A stretch of 64,000 bases of DNA from an uncultured virus (IMG/VR IMGVR_UViG_3300021511_000004) (lineage: Duplodnaviria; Heunggongvirae; Uroviricota; Caudoviricetes). The stretch lies in IMG/VR virus record IMGVR_UViG_3300021511_000004; one strand, written 5' to 3'. This document shows positions 7,941 through 17,397 of the stretch, piece after piece. Made by a program: the position numbers and the translations under genes. Positions within the stretch are counted from its first letter, which is position 1; each line of letters begins with the position of its first letter. The notes under the pieces were generated by a model, which saw only the letters and a list, made by a program, of their open reading frames with translations, did no database searches and was not told where the DNA came from.

Positions 7941-7963
7941 ATGTTCTTTAATAATTGTCGTTT

Positions 7964-8146
7964 TTAGGGATAAGATAAAATATAAACTCCATTAGATAAG
8001 GTTAACTTTCCTCCAGAAAAAGTTGTTATTTTATCTACTTTCATATAGAGAGGTGCTACTGCGGGCATATGAATAACAAAATCTATATGTGATGTTGCTA
8101 TCATAGCAGTTAATAGTAATAAAATAGTAAATTGTTTAATTATCAC
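7964..8146 (-). CDS. Small hypothetical protein with hydrophobic N-terminus
   Basis: 60 aa; GTGA overlap with the upstream stop. Confidence 0.5.
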   Translation of the reverse strand: MIIKQFTILLLLTAMIATSHIDFVIHMPAVAPLYMKVDKITTFSGGKLTLSNGVYILSYP

Positions 8147-9216
8147 AACATGTTAACATCCTTTTCATTTAAATATATTTTATTGATTTTAATACACATT
8201 TCATCAATTTTCACGGCTTCTGGATTATCTGGAAGAATACTATCTTTAAGTATTTCTTCTAGTTCATCATTCACTTTCTCAAATTTTTCCATTAATTGTT
8301 CAAATGTGTATATTCCATTTTTGATTGCTAATAAATGTTCTGCGTCTGGTCTTGGAAAAGTAATTTTTCCTGTCGTCATTAATTCTTGACATTCACTGAC
8401 CAAACGATAAAGATGTAATCCATGTTTTGTATCGTAGCCAAACTTGGCTTCTAGTTTAGCACGATATGGATTTCTATTTTTTAACCAATTTTGATAATGT
8501 TGCCATTGTACTAGAGCTGAACCATATGCTTTTTCTTTTTCAAGTGCCAGCATTATGTTATCGTTAAATGGAACAATCTCTTTTACAGCATCAAAATTCA
8601 AATTAGTTGTACTTTTAATAATGGCTTTATAATTATGAGTTTTATTTAGTTCAAACAGCTCATCTTTTAAGATATGGTATCTCCCTATTTGTTGTAAGTA
8701 CGCTGCTATAATTTCGTTGAATGCTCCAATCTGTGATTTTGATAAATAAGATTTATCATTACTAGGCATTCCAAAGTCTTCTCTTACAGGTTTTTTCTTG
8801 GGAGGGTGTAATAACCACGCTCTGTGATGTTTTATTCTTTTCATTTGTGCAAATGCGTAACCTGAAAAAGTATCCTTCGCTTTATTTGATAAAAATAAAT
8901 CTCTATTCCTAACGATCATTTCCCATTCAGGAGATGATTTTATCATACGCTTAGAAGGAATAAATAAATACTCAATAATATTTGGATTACACTTTAATGC
9001 AAATTGAAAAAAGGCTTTCATTTCATGATACATTGTATCGCTTATTTTATCCTCTACCTTAAAGCAGTTCCTAAGGAAGCCAAACATATATTCTTTAGGG
9101 AGAAGAAACACTCCTCTTGTATCTACATCTGAGTCTGGAGTATTAGTTCCATAGAGATGGCTGCCAGTTACAAATGCTGATAATAGTTTAGCTCCTTTCG
9201 GCAGTTGGATTGACAT
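8143..9216 (-). CDS. Pol-beta-superfamily nucleotidyltransferase (Nuc-transf/YcgL/RlaP-like)
   Basis: GSHLYGTNTPDSDVDTRGVF, KCNPNIIEYLF, GYDTKHGLHLYRL. Confidence 0.85.
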   Translation of the reverse strand: MSIQLPKGAKLLSAFVTGSHLYGTNTPDSDVDTRGVFLLPKEYMFGFLRNCFKVEDKISDTMYHEMKAFFQFALKCNPNIIEYLFIPSKRMIKSSPEWEMIVRNRDLFLSNKAKDTFSGYAFAQMKRIKHHRAWLLHPPKKKPVREDFGMPSNDKSYLSKSQIGAFNEIIAAYLQQIGRYHILKDELFELNKTHNYKAIIKSTTNLNFDAVKEIVPFNDNIMLALEKEKAYGSALVQWQHYQNWLKNRNPYRAKLEAKFGYDTKHGLHLYRLVSECQELMTTGKITFPRPDAEHLLAIKNGIYTFEQLMEKFEKVNDELEEILKDSILPDNPEAVKIDEMCIKINKIYLNEKDVNML

Positions 9217-9232
9217 TATTCAGTTCCTCCTT

Positions 9233-10567
9233 CTATACATCTTTTATTATTTTTGTTAGATGGGCTTTATCATTTAAATTTGGAAATTCTAATATAGTAT
9301 CCAGAAGAAACTTTTTAATTTTGCCTATTTCTGGTCCAGGTTTTAATCCAGATATTTCCATAATATCTTTACCATCAATAGCTAATTTATCAAACCTATT
9401 TTCAGCATTAGTATTTAAAGCTTTTTCAATTCTTGCAAAATCTGCTTTAACACCTTGATAGGGAAATGGTCCTTTTATAATATTAGCTTTAGAGTCTGCA
9501 AGTTTTAATCTATACAAATCTCTAAAATCAATATCATATTTATTCAATTTACTAACTAATCGCCTGATTGATTTTTCAGTTGAAAAAGTACGCATATGAA
9601 GTCTTATAAGAGTTGATATATATTCAATCTCTTTTTTTGAGAAGGCTAGTTTTTCTAATTCGTCTTTGACTAAATATTTACCTTCAATTTCATGGCCAGT
9701 AAATTTAACATCTTTAGTTTTTGGATTATATCTACATGAGGGAGGTTTTCCAACATCATGTAAATATGCTGCTAATTTTATTAATGGATATTTTGTTGAG
9801 ATATAATCTCCTGCTAATAAAGAGTGTGTAATAATCTCCTCTTTGTGATGTTTTCCGTGGACATCAAAATAATAACAACAATCCAAAGACGGAAAGATGT
9901 ATTGTAAAACATCAATTTCATGCAATGCATTAAAGAACACGCTTGCATATCTAGCTTTCATTGCCTTTAAAATTTCAATTCTTATTCTTTCAGGAGTAAC
10001 ATATTTTTCAACTAAATACCCCATATTTTTTAATGATTCTTTTGTTGCTGGATCAAATATTCCGTCGATAACTGCTAAGAATCTACATGCTCTTATGATT
10101 CTATTAGGATCTTCGTATATTCGATCCCTTGCATTTCCAACAAATTTAATCTTTCTTTTTTCAAGATCATACCTTCCTTCATATGGATCAATAATCTCTC
10201 CGGTGAATTGACAAAAGGCCATTGCATTAATTGTTAGATCTCTTCTAGCAAGATCTTCAAGTATAGTTTTTACTTCTATGACTTGAACATCTTTATCGCT
10301 AAGACCTTTATATACGTCTTTTCTAAATGTGGCAACCTCAATTCCATCAACAAAAATAACCTTGAAGTATGTTCCTCCTCTTGCTAATTTATGTCCTTTA
10401 AACAGGTTTTCGATTTGACTTGCATTGGCTGAAGTTGCAATGTCTATATCAGATGCAATTTTGCCATCTAATAAATCTCTTATTGCACCCCCTACTATGT
10501 AAGTATCGTATCCAAAATCACATAGTTTTTGTATAATATAAGTTGGTGTAGCTTTCATGGGAACCAA
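9233..10567 (-). CDS. cca: CCA tRNA nucleotidyltransferase / poly(A) polymerase with HD domain
   Basis: VGGAIRDLL, DIDIAT, EVATFR, DLARRDLTINAMA, EDPNRIIRACRF, ERIRIE, LHDVGKP. Confidence 0.9.
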   Translation of the reverse strand: MVPMKATPTYIIQKLCDFGYDTYIVGGAIRDLLDGKIASDIDIATSANASQIENLFKGHKLARGGTYFKVIFVDGIEVATFRKDVYKGLSDKDVQVIEVKTILEDLARRDLTINAMAFCQFTGEIIDPYEGRYDLEKRKIKFVGNARDRIYEDPNRIIRACRFLAVIDGIFDPATKESLKNMGYLVEKYVTPERIRIEILKAMKARYASVFFNALHEIDVLQYIFPSLDCCYYFDVHGKHHKEEIITHSLLAGDYISTKYPLIKLAAYLHDVGKPPSCRYNPKTKDVKFTGHEIEGKYLVKDELEKLAFSKKEIEYISTLIRLHMRTFSTEKSIRRLVSKLNKYDIDFRDLYRLKLADSKANIIKGPFPYQGVKADFARIEKALNTNAENRFDKLAIDGKDIMEISGLKPGPEIGKIKKFLLDTILEFPNLNDKAHLTKIIKDV

Positions 10568-10806
10568 TCTCCTTTATTGGGATCTACCCCAAGATTTTTC
10601 ATATCTTTAAAAAATTGAGGTCCATATTTACCATCACCACTATATACTTCTTCTTGGGGAAGTTGCATATACATAACAATATGAGCTTGAAACTCAACAC
10701 CTCCAACCTTTTTGTTGTTATCTAATGCTTTTTTTAAATTAATTATTTCTTCAATTGTCATGTTTTCCATTTTAAGATAAAACGGTTGTTCCTTTGTTTC
10801 TTCCAC
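10555..10806 (-). CDS. Hypothetical protein
   Basis: 83-aa ORF with GTG start after a G9 run. Confidence 0.55.
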   Translation of the reverse strand: MEETKEQPFYLKMENMTIEEIINLKKALDNNKKVGGVEFQAHIVMYMQLPQEEVYSGDGKYGPQFFKDMKNLGVDPNKGDWFP

Positions 10807-10874
10807 ATTCCCCCCCCCTTTTCGATTAATTAAAAAAATAAAAACGCAAAACTTTCAATTCATCATTATTAGAA

Positions 10875-10889
10875 ATTAATATATATAGA
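10875..10889 (-). promoter_or_regulatory. Putative phage promoter TCTATATATATTAAT (copy 2)
   Basis: Identical 15-mer; like copy 1 it is followed on the - strand by TAATGATGAAT. Confidence 0.6.
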
Positions 10890-10915
10890 CCCAGGGTTTA
10901 TAAATGAAATGATTC

Positions 10916-11809
10916 TTAATATGACAGAAGGGTTTCTAATGTTATAGATGAGTTAAATTTTTTCTTGCGGTTTTCTTTCATTGGGATAATTTTTAAATTT
11001 TTTCGATTAGCGATTATTTTAGGTTTTATATTATTTAAGAAACCATGATATATAGAATATTTATGATCTAATTCATAACCATATTTTATGCCTCTTAAAT
11101 TAATATTTTTGATATTGTATTTTTGTAGTGTTTTTCTTGTTTCTCGATAAACTAAAGATGAGTATTGTTTAAACTTTTCAAGTTGATCAGGATCAACCTT
11201 TCTATCAAATTTATCACATTTTCCTTTGCATATATCTGAGCAATAGAAATATGATTTATAAGTATTATTTTTAAGACATCTAATTCTTTCAGTCAGTTGA
11301 ATACGCGTTGGGATAAATCTTTTATTGCAATATTTACATCTTACTAAAAGATCCCCATTCACAATAATTGGTTTTTCTATTTTATAAAAATAAGGATGTT
11401 TATTTTTATAATCTTCTATAGTATAAGTACGAGATTCACTGATTTTTTTTAAAGTTTCATCTGAATAGATTCCAGTTTTATCTTTATTCCAAGGTGTTTT
11501 TCCTTTTCGTATTTTGCTAAAATGTTTACTTCGAAGTTTCTTTAATTCTATAGCTTTTTCCTTTCCATATATTTCTTCGTATGTTTTACCTTTTGTATGT
11601 CTTGGTTGCCTTATTTTCTTTAAAGTTTCAACCGAATAGACCCCGGTTTTATCTTTATTCCAAGGTGTTTTTCCATACATAGGATTATTTTTTCCAGACC
11701 ATTTTTTTATTCTTTCTGGGCATTTTGAAGTATGTGTGGAGCAACACCATTTTTTAACAGTAGGGAAATAATATTTAGCTTCTTGCCCACATCCATATTC
11801 ACATATCAT
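10916..11809 (-). CDS. HNH-like homing endonuclease (same N-module, different nuclease end)
   Basis: CEYGCGQEAKY..WCC, NNPMYGKTPWNK (NUMOD3-like), C-terminal ELDHKYSI...NLKIIPMKENRKK. Confidence 0.72.
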   Translation of the reverse strand: MICEYGCGQEAKYYFPTVKKWCCSTHTSKCPERIKKWSGKNNPMYGKTPWNKDKTGVYSVETLKKIRQPRHTKGKTYEEIYGKEKAIELKKLRSKHFSKIRKGKTPWNKDKTGIYSDETLKKISESRTYTIEDYKNKHPYFYKIEKPIIVNGDLLVRCKYCNKRFIPTRIQLTERIRCLKNNTYKSYFYCSDICKGKCDKFDRKVDPDQLEKFKQYSSLVYRETRKTLQKYNIKNINLRGIKYGYELDHKYSIYHGFLNNIKPKIIANRKNLKIIPMKENRKKKFNSSITLETLLSY

Positions 11810-12330
11810 TATTTAACAATAAACCTCCTTACTTGAGCAATCATTCTTCCTTCGTCAATAAAGTCACCGGGACATGAAAGATCTTTATTAGAAGAGACAT
11901 CTCTATGAAGTTTTATTCTTTTAGGGGAAAGACTAAACATACTTAAAAAGGGATTTATAAGCCTGTATGCAGCTACTTGATATAATCTGTTTTCTGGAAT
12001 CTTAAAATTATAGTCGCCCAAAAAAGCAATGTGGATAGCTCTGTTATTAATATTTGGTTCAATATCTTCCCACTCACATAGATAAACAAATGGACGAGTT
12101 ACGATAACATTATAATCACCTTTGATCATATCAATAACATAGTGATAATTTACATCTCCCTGTTTTTTCTCTAATACTCCTTTAAACAATCCAGGCATTT
12201 GATATTTTGAATTATCAATTCTTGATTCAGGTGCTTCATACATTTCTGCGGTGTGATGTAAAATTATCCACTTAACACTTTGTCTTCTTCTTGTAAGTAA
12301 AGAAGGTCTTAGTGGTATTCTTGTTGGCAT
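11809..12330 (-). CDS. N-acetylmuramoyl-L-alanine amidase (Amidase_2/PGRP fold)
   Basis: IILHHT, NYHYVI, IHIAFLGDY, LHRD, CPG zinc-ligand pattern. Confidence 0.8.
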   Translation of the reverse strand: MPTRIPLRPSLLTRRRQSVKWIILHHTAEMYEAPESRIDNSKYQMPGLFKGVLEKKQGDVNYHYVIDMIKGDYNVIVTRPFVYLCEWEDIEPNINNRAIHIAFLGDYNFKIPENRLYQVAAYRLINPFLSMFSLSPKRIKLHRDVSSNKDLSCPGDFIDEGRMIAQVRRFIVK

Positions 12331-12341
12331 AACTTTATCCT

Positions 12342-12644
12342 CTAATTTACATTATGTGTTGGGTTACCCGTGACTATTGTACCAATATTACAACCAGTTA
12401 CTGTGTCTCCGATCCTAGCTTTTCCAAGAGAATTGGCAAGACAGTTTGGGCTTCCTGTTACAATTGTTCCAATATGACCACAATATCCCATAGTCAAATC
12501 TGAAAGCCTTCCTTGCCCTAAATTTCCTGATATAGTATCAGGACTTGATGTTATTATTGGTCCGCTCATTCCAATACATGGAATAGGTGGGTGGCAACAA
12601 CAGATTCCTGTCCATATATCTGTTAATCTAGATGCTGATGGCAT
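12342..12644 (-). CDS. PAAR-like spike tip protein (gp5.4-like)
   Basis: ASRLTD, QGRLSD and KARIGD repeats with Cys/His residues and IVTGSP. Confidence 0.8.
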   Translation of the reverse strand: MPSASRLTDIWTGICCCHPPIPCIGMSGPIITSSPDTISGNLGQGRLSDLTMGYCGHIGTIVTGSPNCLANSLGKARIGDTVTGCNIGTIVTGNPTHNVN

Positions 12645-13168
12645 TATGTACTGAACCCCTCAAAGACAATTTCTGACTCTTCTATTTTATCTTTATTTTC
12701 TTGTAGAATACTTTTAGCTGACTCTAATGAAGCTCTATATGGTCTTATTCCATATGATGCTCCAGACGTAAGAGGTCTTGTTAAATAGTCATTACCAAAA
12801 TTCCAGTCATTAACAAAGTTTGTAATAGCAGTTGAGTCGTCCCAACCAATCCCTTGATATTCATACAATACATCAGCAGTGGTTGAGTCTAAAATTGCCC
12901 AATCAGTTAATTCATTTCCATAAGTAATTACATTATACGTTGGCCCTATAAAAAGTACTCCGTCTGGAAAGTTTGGTAATTTTTCGCTATTTAAATATGC
13001 TTCAAGATCAGTTGAAACAGGATCAAGAATACCATCAACTATTGCATCGTCTTCTTCATTTAACTCGTCAATCTGCGCTTGTATTTGGGTAATGCTAGAA
13101 TCAATAGCGTTAGCTTGATCTTCAACATTATCAATCATTTCTCTTAGTTTATCACTTGCTGCGCTCAT
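12644..13168 (-). CDS. Hypothetical (probable baseplate-region structural) protein
   Basis: Acidic, N-terminal coiled coil; translationally coupled within the spike operon. Confidence 0.65.
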   Translation of the reverse strand: MSAASDKLREMIDNVEDQANAIDSSITQIQAQIDELNEEDDAIVDGILDPVSTDLEAYLNSEKLPNFPDGVLFIGPTYNVITYGNELTDWAILDSTTADVLYEYQGIGWDDSTAITNFVNDWNFGNDYLTRPLTSGASYGIRPYRASLESAKSILQENKDKIEESEIVFEGFST

Positions 13169-13947
13169 TAGAAAAACCCCGTTTTAAGTAATGCTTTCGC
13201 TTGATTTACACTATTGTCTATAGAAGTTAATGCGCTTGTTTTTACATCACCAACTCCATTAAGAACTGTATTGACTTGTAGTTTCTCTTGAATTGTCATG
13301 TTTGCATTATCATAAATCGCATCAAAATCAAATTTTCCATAATTTGAGTCCAATGGATTGCTAGTAACATTTAAGCTACTATACAAATTATTAAGAGTGT
13401 TTGCATATTCACTGGCAAGCGTAATAAATGCCGGATCTCCTGCTCCACAAATTAAAGACATACACTCAATTAATTTATCAGCTTTTTTAAATATATCAGT
13501 TAAATTTTTCCCGCCTGGTATACCTACATCAGCCCCAGACATCAAGCCATCAATCAAACTCCCCAAGTTTGCAATACTAAATTCAGGAATAGTTATTGAG
13601 TCAATTAACTCATCAATTTGATCGAATACACCTAATGTAGTTCCAATAATAGTAGATATGGGTTTAGCATCATCTAGATAAGAACAATTATCAATAAGAT
13701 TTTTTAATGATTCCATATCTTCTAATGTATCAGATGGATACACATCTTTTGCTGCAGATTTTAAAGATTCAATTTCGGCATTAATTACATCCAAATTAGG
13801 AGAAAAAACCATGTTATTAAGAGAGCTTTGAATTCTGTTTTTCGCAGTTCTGATCGTTGACTTTGCCATATTAAGAGGAGATGTAAGAGCACTAAAATCA
13901 ACATCCATCTTATTACAGATTGCGAGTTCCATACTTGATAATGCCAT
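13168..13947 (-). CDS. Hypothetical (probable structural) protein
   Basis: 259 aa; TAATG coupling on both sides, downstream of the gp5-like gene. Confidence 0.65.
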   Translation of the reverse strand: MALSSMELAICNKMDVDFSALTSPLNMAKSTIRTAKNRIQSSLNNMVFSPNLDVINAEIESLKSAAKDVYPSDTLEDMESLKNLIDNCSYLDDAKPISTIIGTTLGVFDQIDELIDSITIPEFSIANLGSLIDGLMSGADVGIPGGKNLTDIFKKADKLIECMSLICGAGDPAFITLASEYANTLNNLYSSLNVTSNPLDSNYGKFDFDAIYDNANMTIQEKLQVNTVLNGVGDVKTSALTSIDNSVNQAKALLKTGFF

Positions 13948-14894
13948 TATGTATCCCTTTCTCCTTTTGGTTTAGCTTCTGCAGCATCACTTGCTGGACT
14001 TGCTGGAGTTGCTGTACCTGATTGTTCATTGACAGTTGTTCCATCAATATTAACATCTGCACCAGCTAATTCGTTTATTGATTTACCTGCGTCAAGATTT
14101 ACATTTCCCCCACTCTTTATATTGGAGTCAGCACCTGATTCCTGATTAATGTTTGAATCTGCTTTTATATCAACATTGCCAGCCTTAGCGCTTATAGCTA
14201 TATTTCCAGTATTTGATAAAATATCAATATTATCTTCTGCTGTTATCTGAAATTTACCGTTTGTTTTTATAATAATGTCGCTTTCAAATTCTGCTTGAAG
14301 TTTCTGTTCATCAATATCAATATGAAAGAAATCTCCTTTATGTGATCTTATTAGAACTTTTTCTTTTCCTTCACGTTCATCAAATAATATAGTAGTTTGA
14401 TTATCATCAATTGCATATACAGAATCCGTATCACCAGTAGGCGGAGAATTCATCTGTCTTTTTTTACCGGTTATTTCAGTTCTAGCATCATCTGGATCAT
14501 CTGAAACAACTATGACTCGACCATCATGACTCTTAAAAATTGTCCATTTATCTTGATAGTTTTCTCCAAGCTGATTTTCAGGTAGGACTTTTGTATTTTC
14601 TAAATCTAATGCACCAAAATAATATGGTAAATTTATATTACCACCCTCAAAGAAAACAAACACCCAAGAACCTTTCCTTGGAATATATGATGCCCCCATA
14701 TAATGATGGTCAGATGAAGACTCCATATTACGCCCACCAAGAGGATTGTTTGCAGGTCGTGCCCAAATTCCTTCTTTTTGATTGACTTCAGGCATTAGAT
14801 CAGGTATATGTACAAGCACACGACCAAACTTTTTGGTGTCTTTGTTGTCAACAACCTGTGCTCTCCAGTTACCATATATTGATGATCTATCCAT
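13947..14894 (-). CDS. Baseplate central spike, gp5/VgrG-like (OB fold plus beta-helix)
   Basis: YGNWRAQVVDNKD..KFGRVLV, WARP, IPRKGSWVFVFFEGG...PYYFG, repetitive C-terminal beta strands. Confidence 0.85.
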   Translation of the reverse strand: MDRSSIYGNWRAQVVDNKDTKKFGRVLVHIPDLMPEVNQKEGIWARPANNPLGGRNMESSSDHHYMGASYIPRKGSWVFVFFEGGNINLPYYFGALDLENTKVLPENQLGENYQDKWTIFKSHDGRVIVVSDDPDDARTEITGKKRQMNSPPTGDTDSVYAIDDNQTTILFDEREGKEKVLIRSHKGDFFHIDIDEQKLQAEFESDIIIKTNGKFQITAEDNIDILSNTGNIAISAKAGNVDIKADSNINQESGADSNIKSGGNVNLDAGKSINELAGADVNIDGTTVNEQSGTATPASPASDAAEAKPKGERDT

Positions 14895-14895
14895 A

Positions 14896-15795
14896 TTATT
14901 TCCTTTTAAACAGTACTTTCGATATTTCTAATATCGCATTATAATCTCTTTCATTATATTTATGTAAATATGTAGAGACAACAGTACTTCCTTTTATATC
15001 TGCTGTTGCTATAGTTGCAATAAATCTTGATAAATCTTCTAAAGCGGGTAAAAAGTTAAACCCAAATTGTCTCAACACTCTAGCAGTAAAATTATGCCTA
15101 TTTAAATTTGGCATAACATTCAATTCAGATAATGATAATATAAAATCATTTATATTTTTAAAGTCATATCTTTTTAATTTATCTTTAATTGGTCTATAAT
15201 CAAATGCAGATGCAGCTGCTGCTCGTTTATATGCTGGTACTCCAGTAATACCAAAGAATGAACCTAAGATATATGCATTAGTTAAAAACTTTAACTTTGA
15301 AATTTCTGATGAAAAACTTCCCAATAAACCATATTCTTTTCCAAAAAGTCTTAGCAGAATACTAGTAAAATAATTTGTAATCGGTGTTGAATATTTATTA
15401 GTTACTTTAAACTTACCTGAAACTAAATCAGAAAAAACGATACTGTATACCATAAGAGCATATAAATTTTGGGGTCCTGGTTTAGTCGATAAAATATCAT
15501 CTACACCAAATGAACTAAGATTAATAACTTGCCCTTTGGTTGGTTTATTATATGAAACTGATAAACTATATGTAGGAAAGACGACAATATGAATTTTTTT
15601 TCTTGCTTCAATACCAGAGATTAACTTAAAGATTTCATCTTTTGTATAATGACTAATTCTGCTTTTCATCAATTCTAAAACAACGAATAACTTCCGTGGA
15701 CCATTTTCTATTTCCATCTTTTTAATTCTTGAAGACGGAAGGTTTAATATGTTATCTACTCCTTTTAGGAGATCAAATTTTTCTTTAACAATCAT
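14896..15795 (-). CDS. Hypothetical protein
   Basis: 299-aa ORF in structural operon. Confidence 0.7.
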   Translation of the reverse strand: MIVKEKFDLLKGVDNILNLPSSRIKKMEIENGPRKLFVVLELMKSRISHYTKDEIFKLISGIEARKKIHIVVFPTYSLSVSYNKPTKGQVINLSSFGVDDILSTKPGPQNLYALMVYSIVFSDLVSGKFKVTNKYSTPITNYFTSILLRLFGKEYGLLGSFSSEISKLKFLTNAYILGSFFGITGVPAYKRAAAASAFDYRPIKDKLKRYDFKNINDFILSLSELNVMPNLNRHNFTARVLRQFGFNFLPALEDLSRFIATIATADIKGSTVVSTYLHKYNERDYNAILEISKVLFKRK

Positions 15796-16187
15796 TACCA
15801 GTTAACCTCAATGAGTTTGTTTGGATCTTGAATCGGGAATTTATCTTTTAACATCTCTACAACTGCTGAGAATGATGGTATTATGACAGTTTGTAAATCG
15901 AATGCTTCTATTGACGGAACTGTATTTACATACATTAACATTTGAGCTAATGCTACAGTTCCATATTCATCAAAACTTAGATAATCTGGGCGCATTAAAT
16001 ATTGTCTTTCAAACTCTTTTTCTTCTGAGTTTTTTAGAAGATAAAATAAATGTTGATCAAAAGTTTCTAGTGCAAGTGCTGGAAACGTAAACAATTTATT
16101 TATTGTTCGATATCTATTTCCTGAAAAATTAATATCAATCGCTAAACGTGATCGTTGTCTACTTTCTTGATCAATAGTTATTGGCAT
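15795..16187 (-). CDS. Baseplate wedge protein, T4 gp53-like
   Basis: RPDYLSFDEYG...MLMYVN resembles the gp53/LysM-like RP..L....YG....L..N motif. Confidence 0.65.
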   Translation of the reverse strand: MPITIDQESRQRSRLAIDINFSGNRYRTINKLFTFPALALETFDQHLFYLLKNSEEKEFERQYLMRPDYLSFDEYGTVALAQMLMYVNTVPSIEAFDLQTVIIPSFSAVVEMLKDKFPIQDPNKLIEVNW

Positions 16188-16786
16188 TACGAAATAACCT
16201 TCTTACCTGTTTTTTTAGCATCTATAAATATATTAATAATTTCTCTTGTTATATAAACAAATATAGCAACAGCTATAAATGTCATACCTGTCACTGTTAG
16301 AAGAGGAGCTAAATATAAAACATTTCCAAGAACAAATGAGACAATCCACGCAAGAGCCATCATTGATATTCCTGTTCCTACCATACCTTTGGACTCAACT
16401 CTTTTTAATAAATCATCAAATTTTTTCAATCCATCTTGAGTTTTACTTTGAATCTCTGGATCTTTAGTATCATTATTAATTTTTAATAAAGTTGTTCGAG
16501 CTAGTGTTAAAAAGGTTTTAATTTGTGCAGGAGCTTTTTTTCCTTTTTTATCCACATGTTGTACACTACTTTTATACTCATTACCAAATTTCTTTCTTGC
16601 AATAGAAACTAATTTCTCAGAGGATAGATCTTTTACATTATCAAATATTCTATTAAATTTCAAAATATTACCTGACGCTGCTGTACTAGAAATTTCTTTA
16701 GCTTTCGATTTTATATTTGAAAGATCAAATTCATTTAAAATATATATCATATTTAAGTGCTCATTTAACATCTCTGCTTGAGTCAT
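16187..16786 (-). CDS. Membrane protein with two C-terminal TM helices
   Basis: GISMMALAWIVSFVLG / LAPLLTVTGMTFIAVAIFVYI. Confidence 0.65.
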   Translation of the reverse strand: MTQAEMLNEHLNMIYILNEFDLSNIKSKAKEISSTAASGNILKFNRIFDNVKDLSSEKLVSIARKKFGNEYKSSVQHVDKKGKKAPAQIKTFLTLARTTLLKINNDTKDPEIQSKTQDGLKKFDDLLKRVESKGMVGTGISMMALAWIVSFVLGNVLYLAPLLTVTGMTFIAVAIFVYITREIINIFIDAKKTGKKVIS

Positions 16787-16787
16787 A

Positions 16788-17393
16788 TTAAGTTCCTCCC
16801 TCTGCTAAAGCAGGGTAATCATCTCTACTCCATGTACAATTAGTTTCATTCGTAGCTAATCTTGTTTCAATTCTTTCAAGATCATCCTCATCTAAATATT
16901 TAGAATATTCTCTAACGAAATGGTTATAATCTCCTTTTACAAAAGCAATGGGTATAGTAAGTCTTCCGTTATGAAATTTTTCATGCATGCTTTTTAATAG
17001 AGTAACATATCCAATTTTATTTTTAAAGTGTAATTCAATAGCGTGTTGACAAATATCAAATGTACAAAATTCTTCTTCTGATTCAAGACATTTATTTACC
17101 AACGCAGTTACTAATACAAATAAAGATGGAACATGGTGATGAACCTCAATTGTTACATCATCCATTTTCTCATGTGTTATCATACATTCGTTTATTTGAA
17201 GTACATCAACAATATAGTTTCTCCATAATTTATATTCAATACTTCTCCTAATTGTCATCTCACAATTTTTAACAAACTTTTTATATGATGATTCATTTTC
17301 AAAGTTTCTTATTCTTAGTGAAAGACTGAAAGGGTAATTATCGCTATATAATTCTAAACTTTCTACATTTGAGTTGACTGTAACATTATCCAT
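16788..17393 (-). CDS. HNH-like conserved phage protein
   Basis: CMIT...IEVHHH...LLKSMHEKFH beta-beta-alpha-metal-like pattern. Confidence 0.5.
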   Translation of the reverse strand: MDNVTVNSNVESLELYSDNYPFSLSLRIRNFENESSYKKFVKNCEMTIRRSIEYKLWRNYIVDVLQINECMITHEKMDDVTIEVHHHVPSLFVLVTALVNKCLESEEEFCTFDICQHAIELHFKNKIGYVTLLKSMHEKFHNGRLTIPIAFVKGDYNHFVREYSKYLDEDDLERIETRLATNETNCTWSRDDYPALAEGGT

Positions 17394-17397
17394 TATT

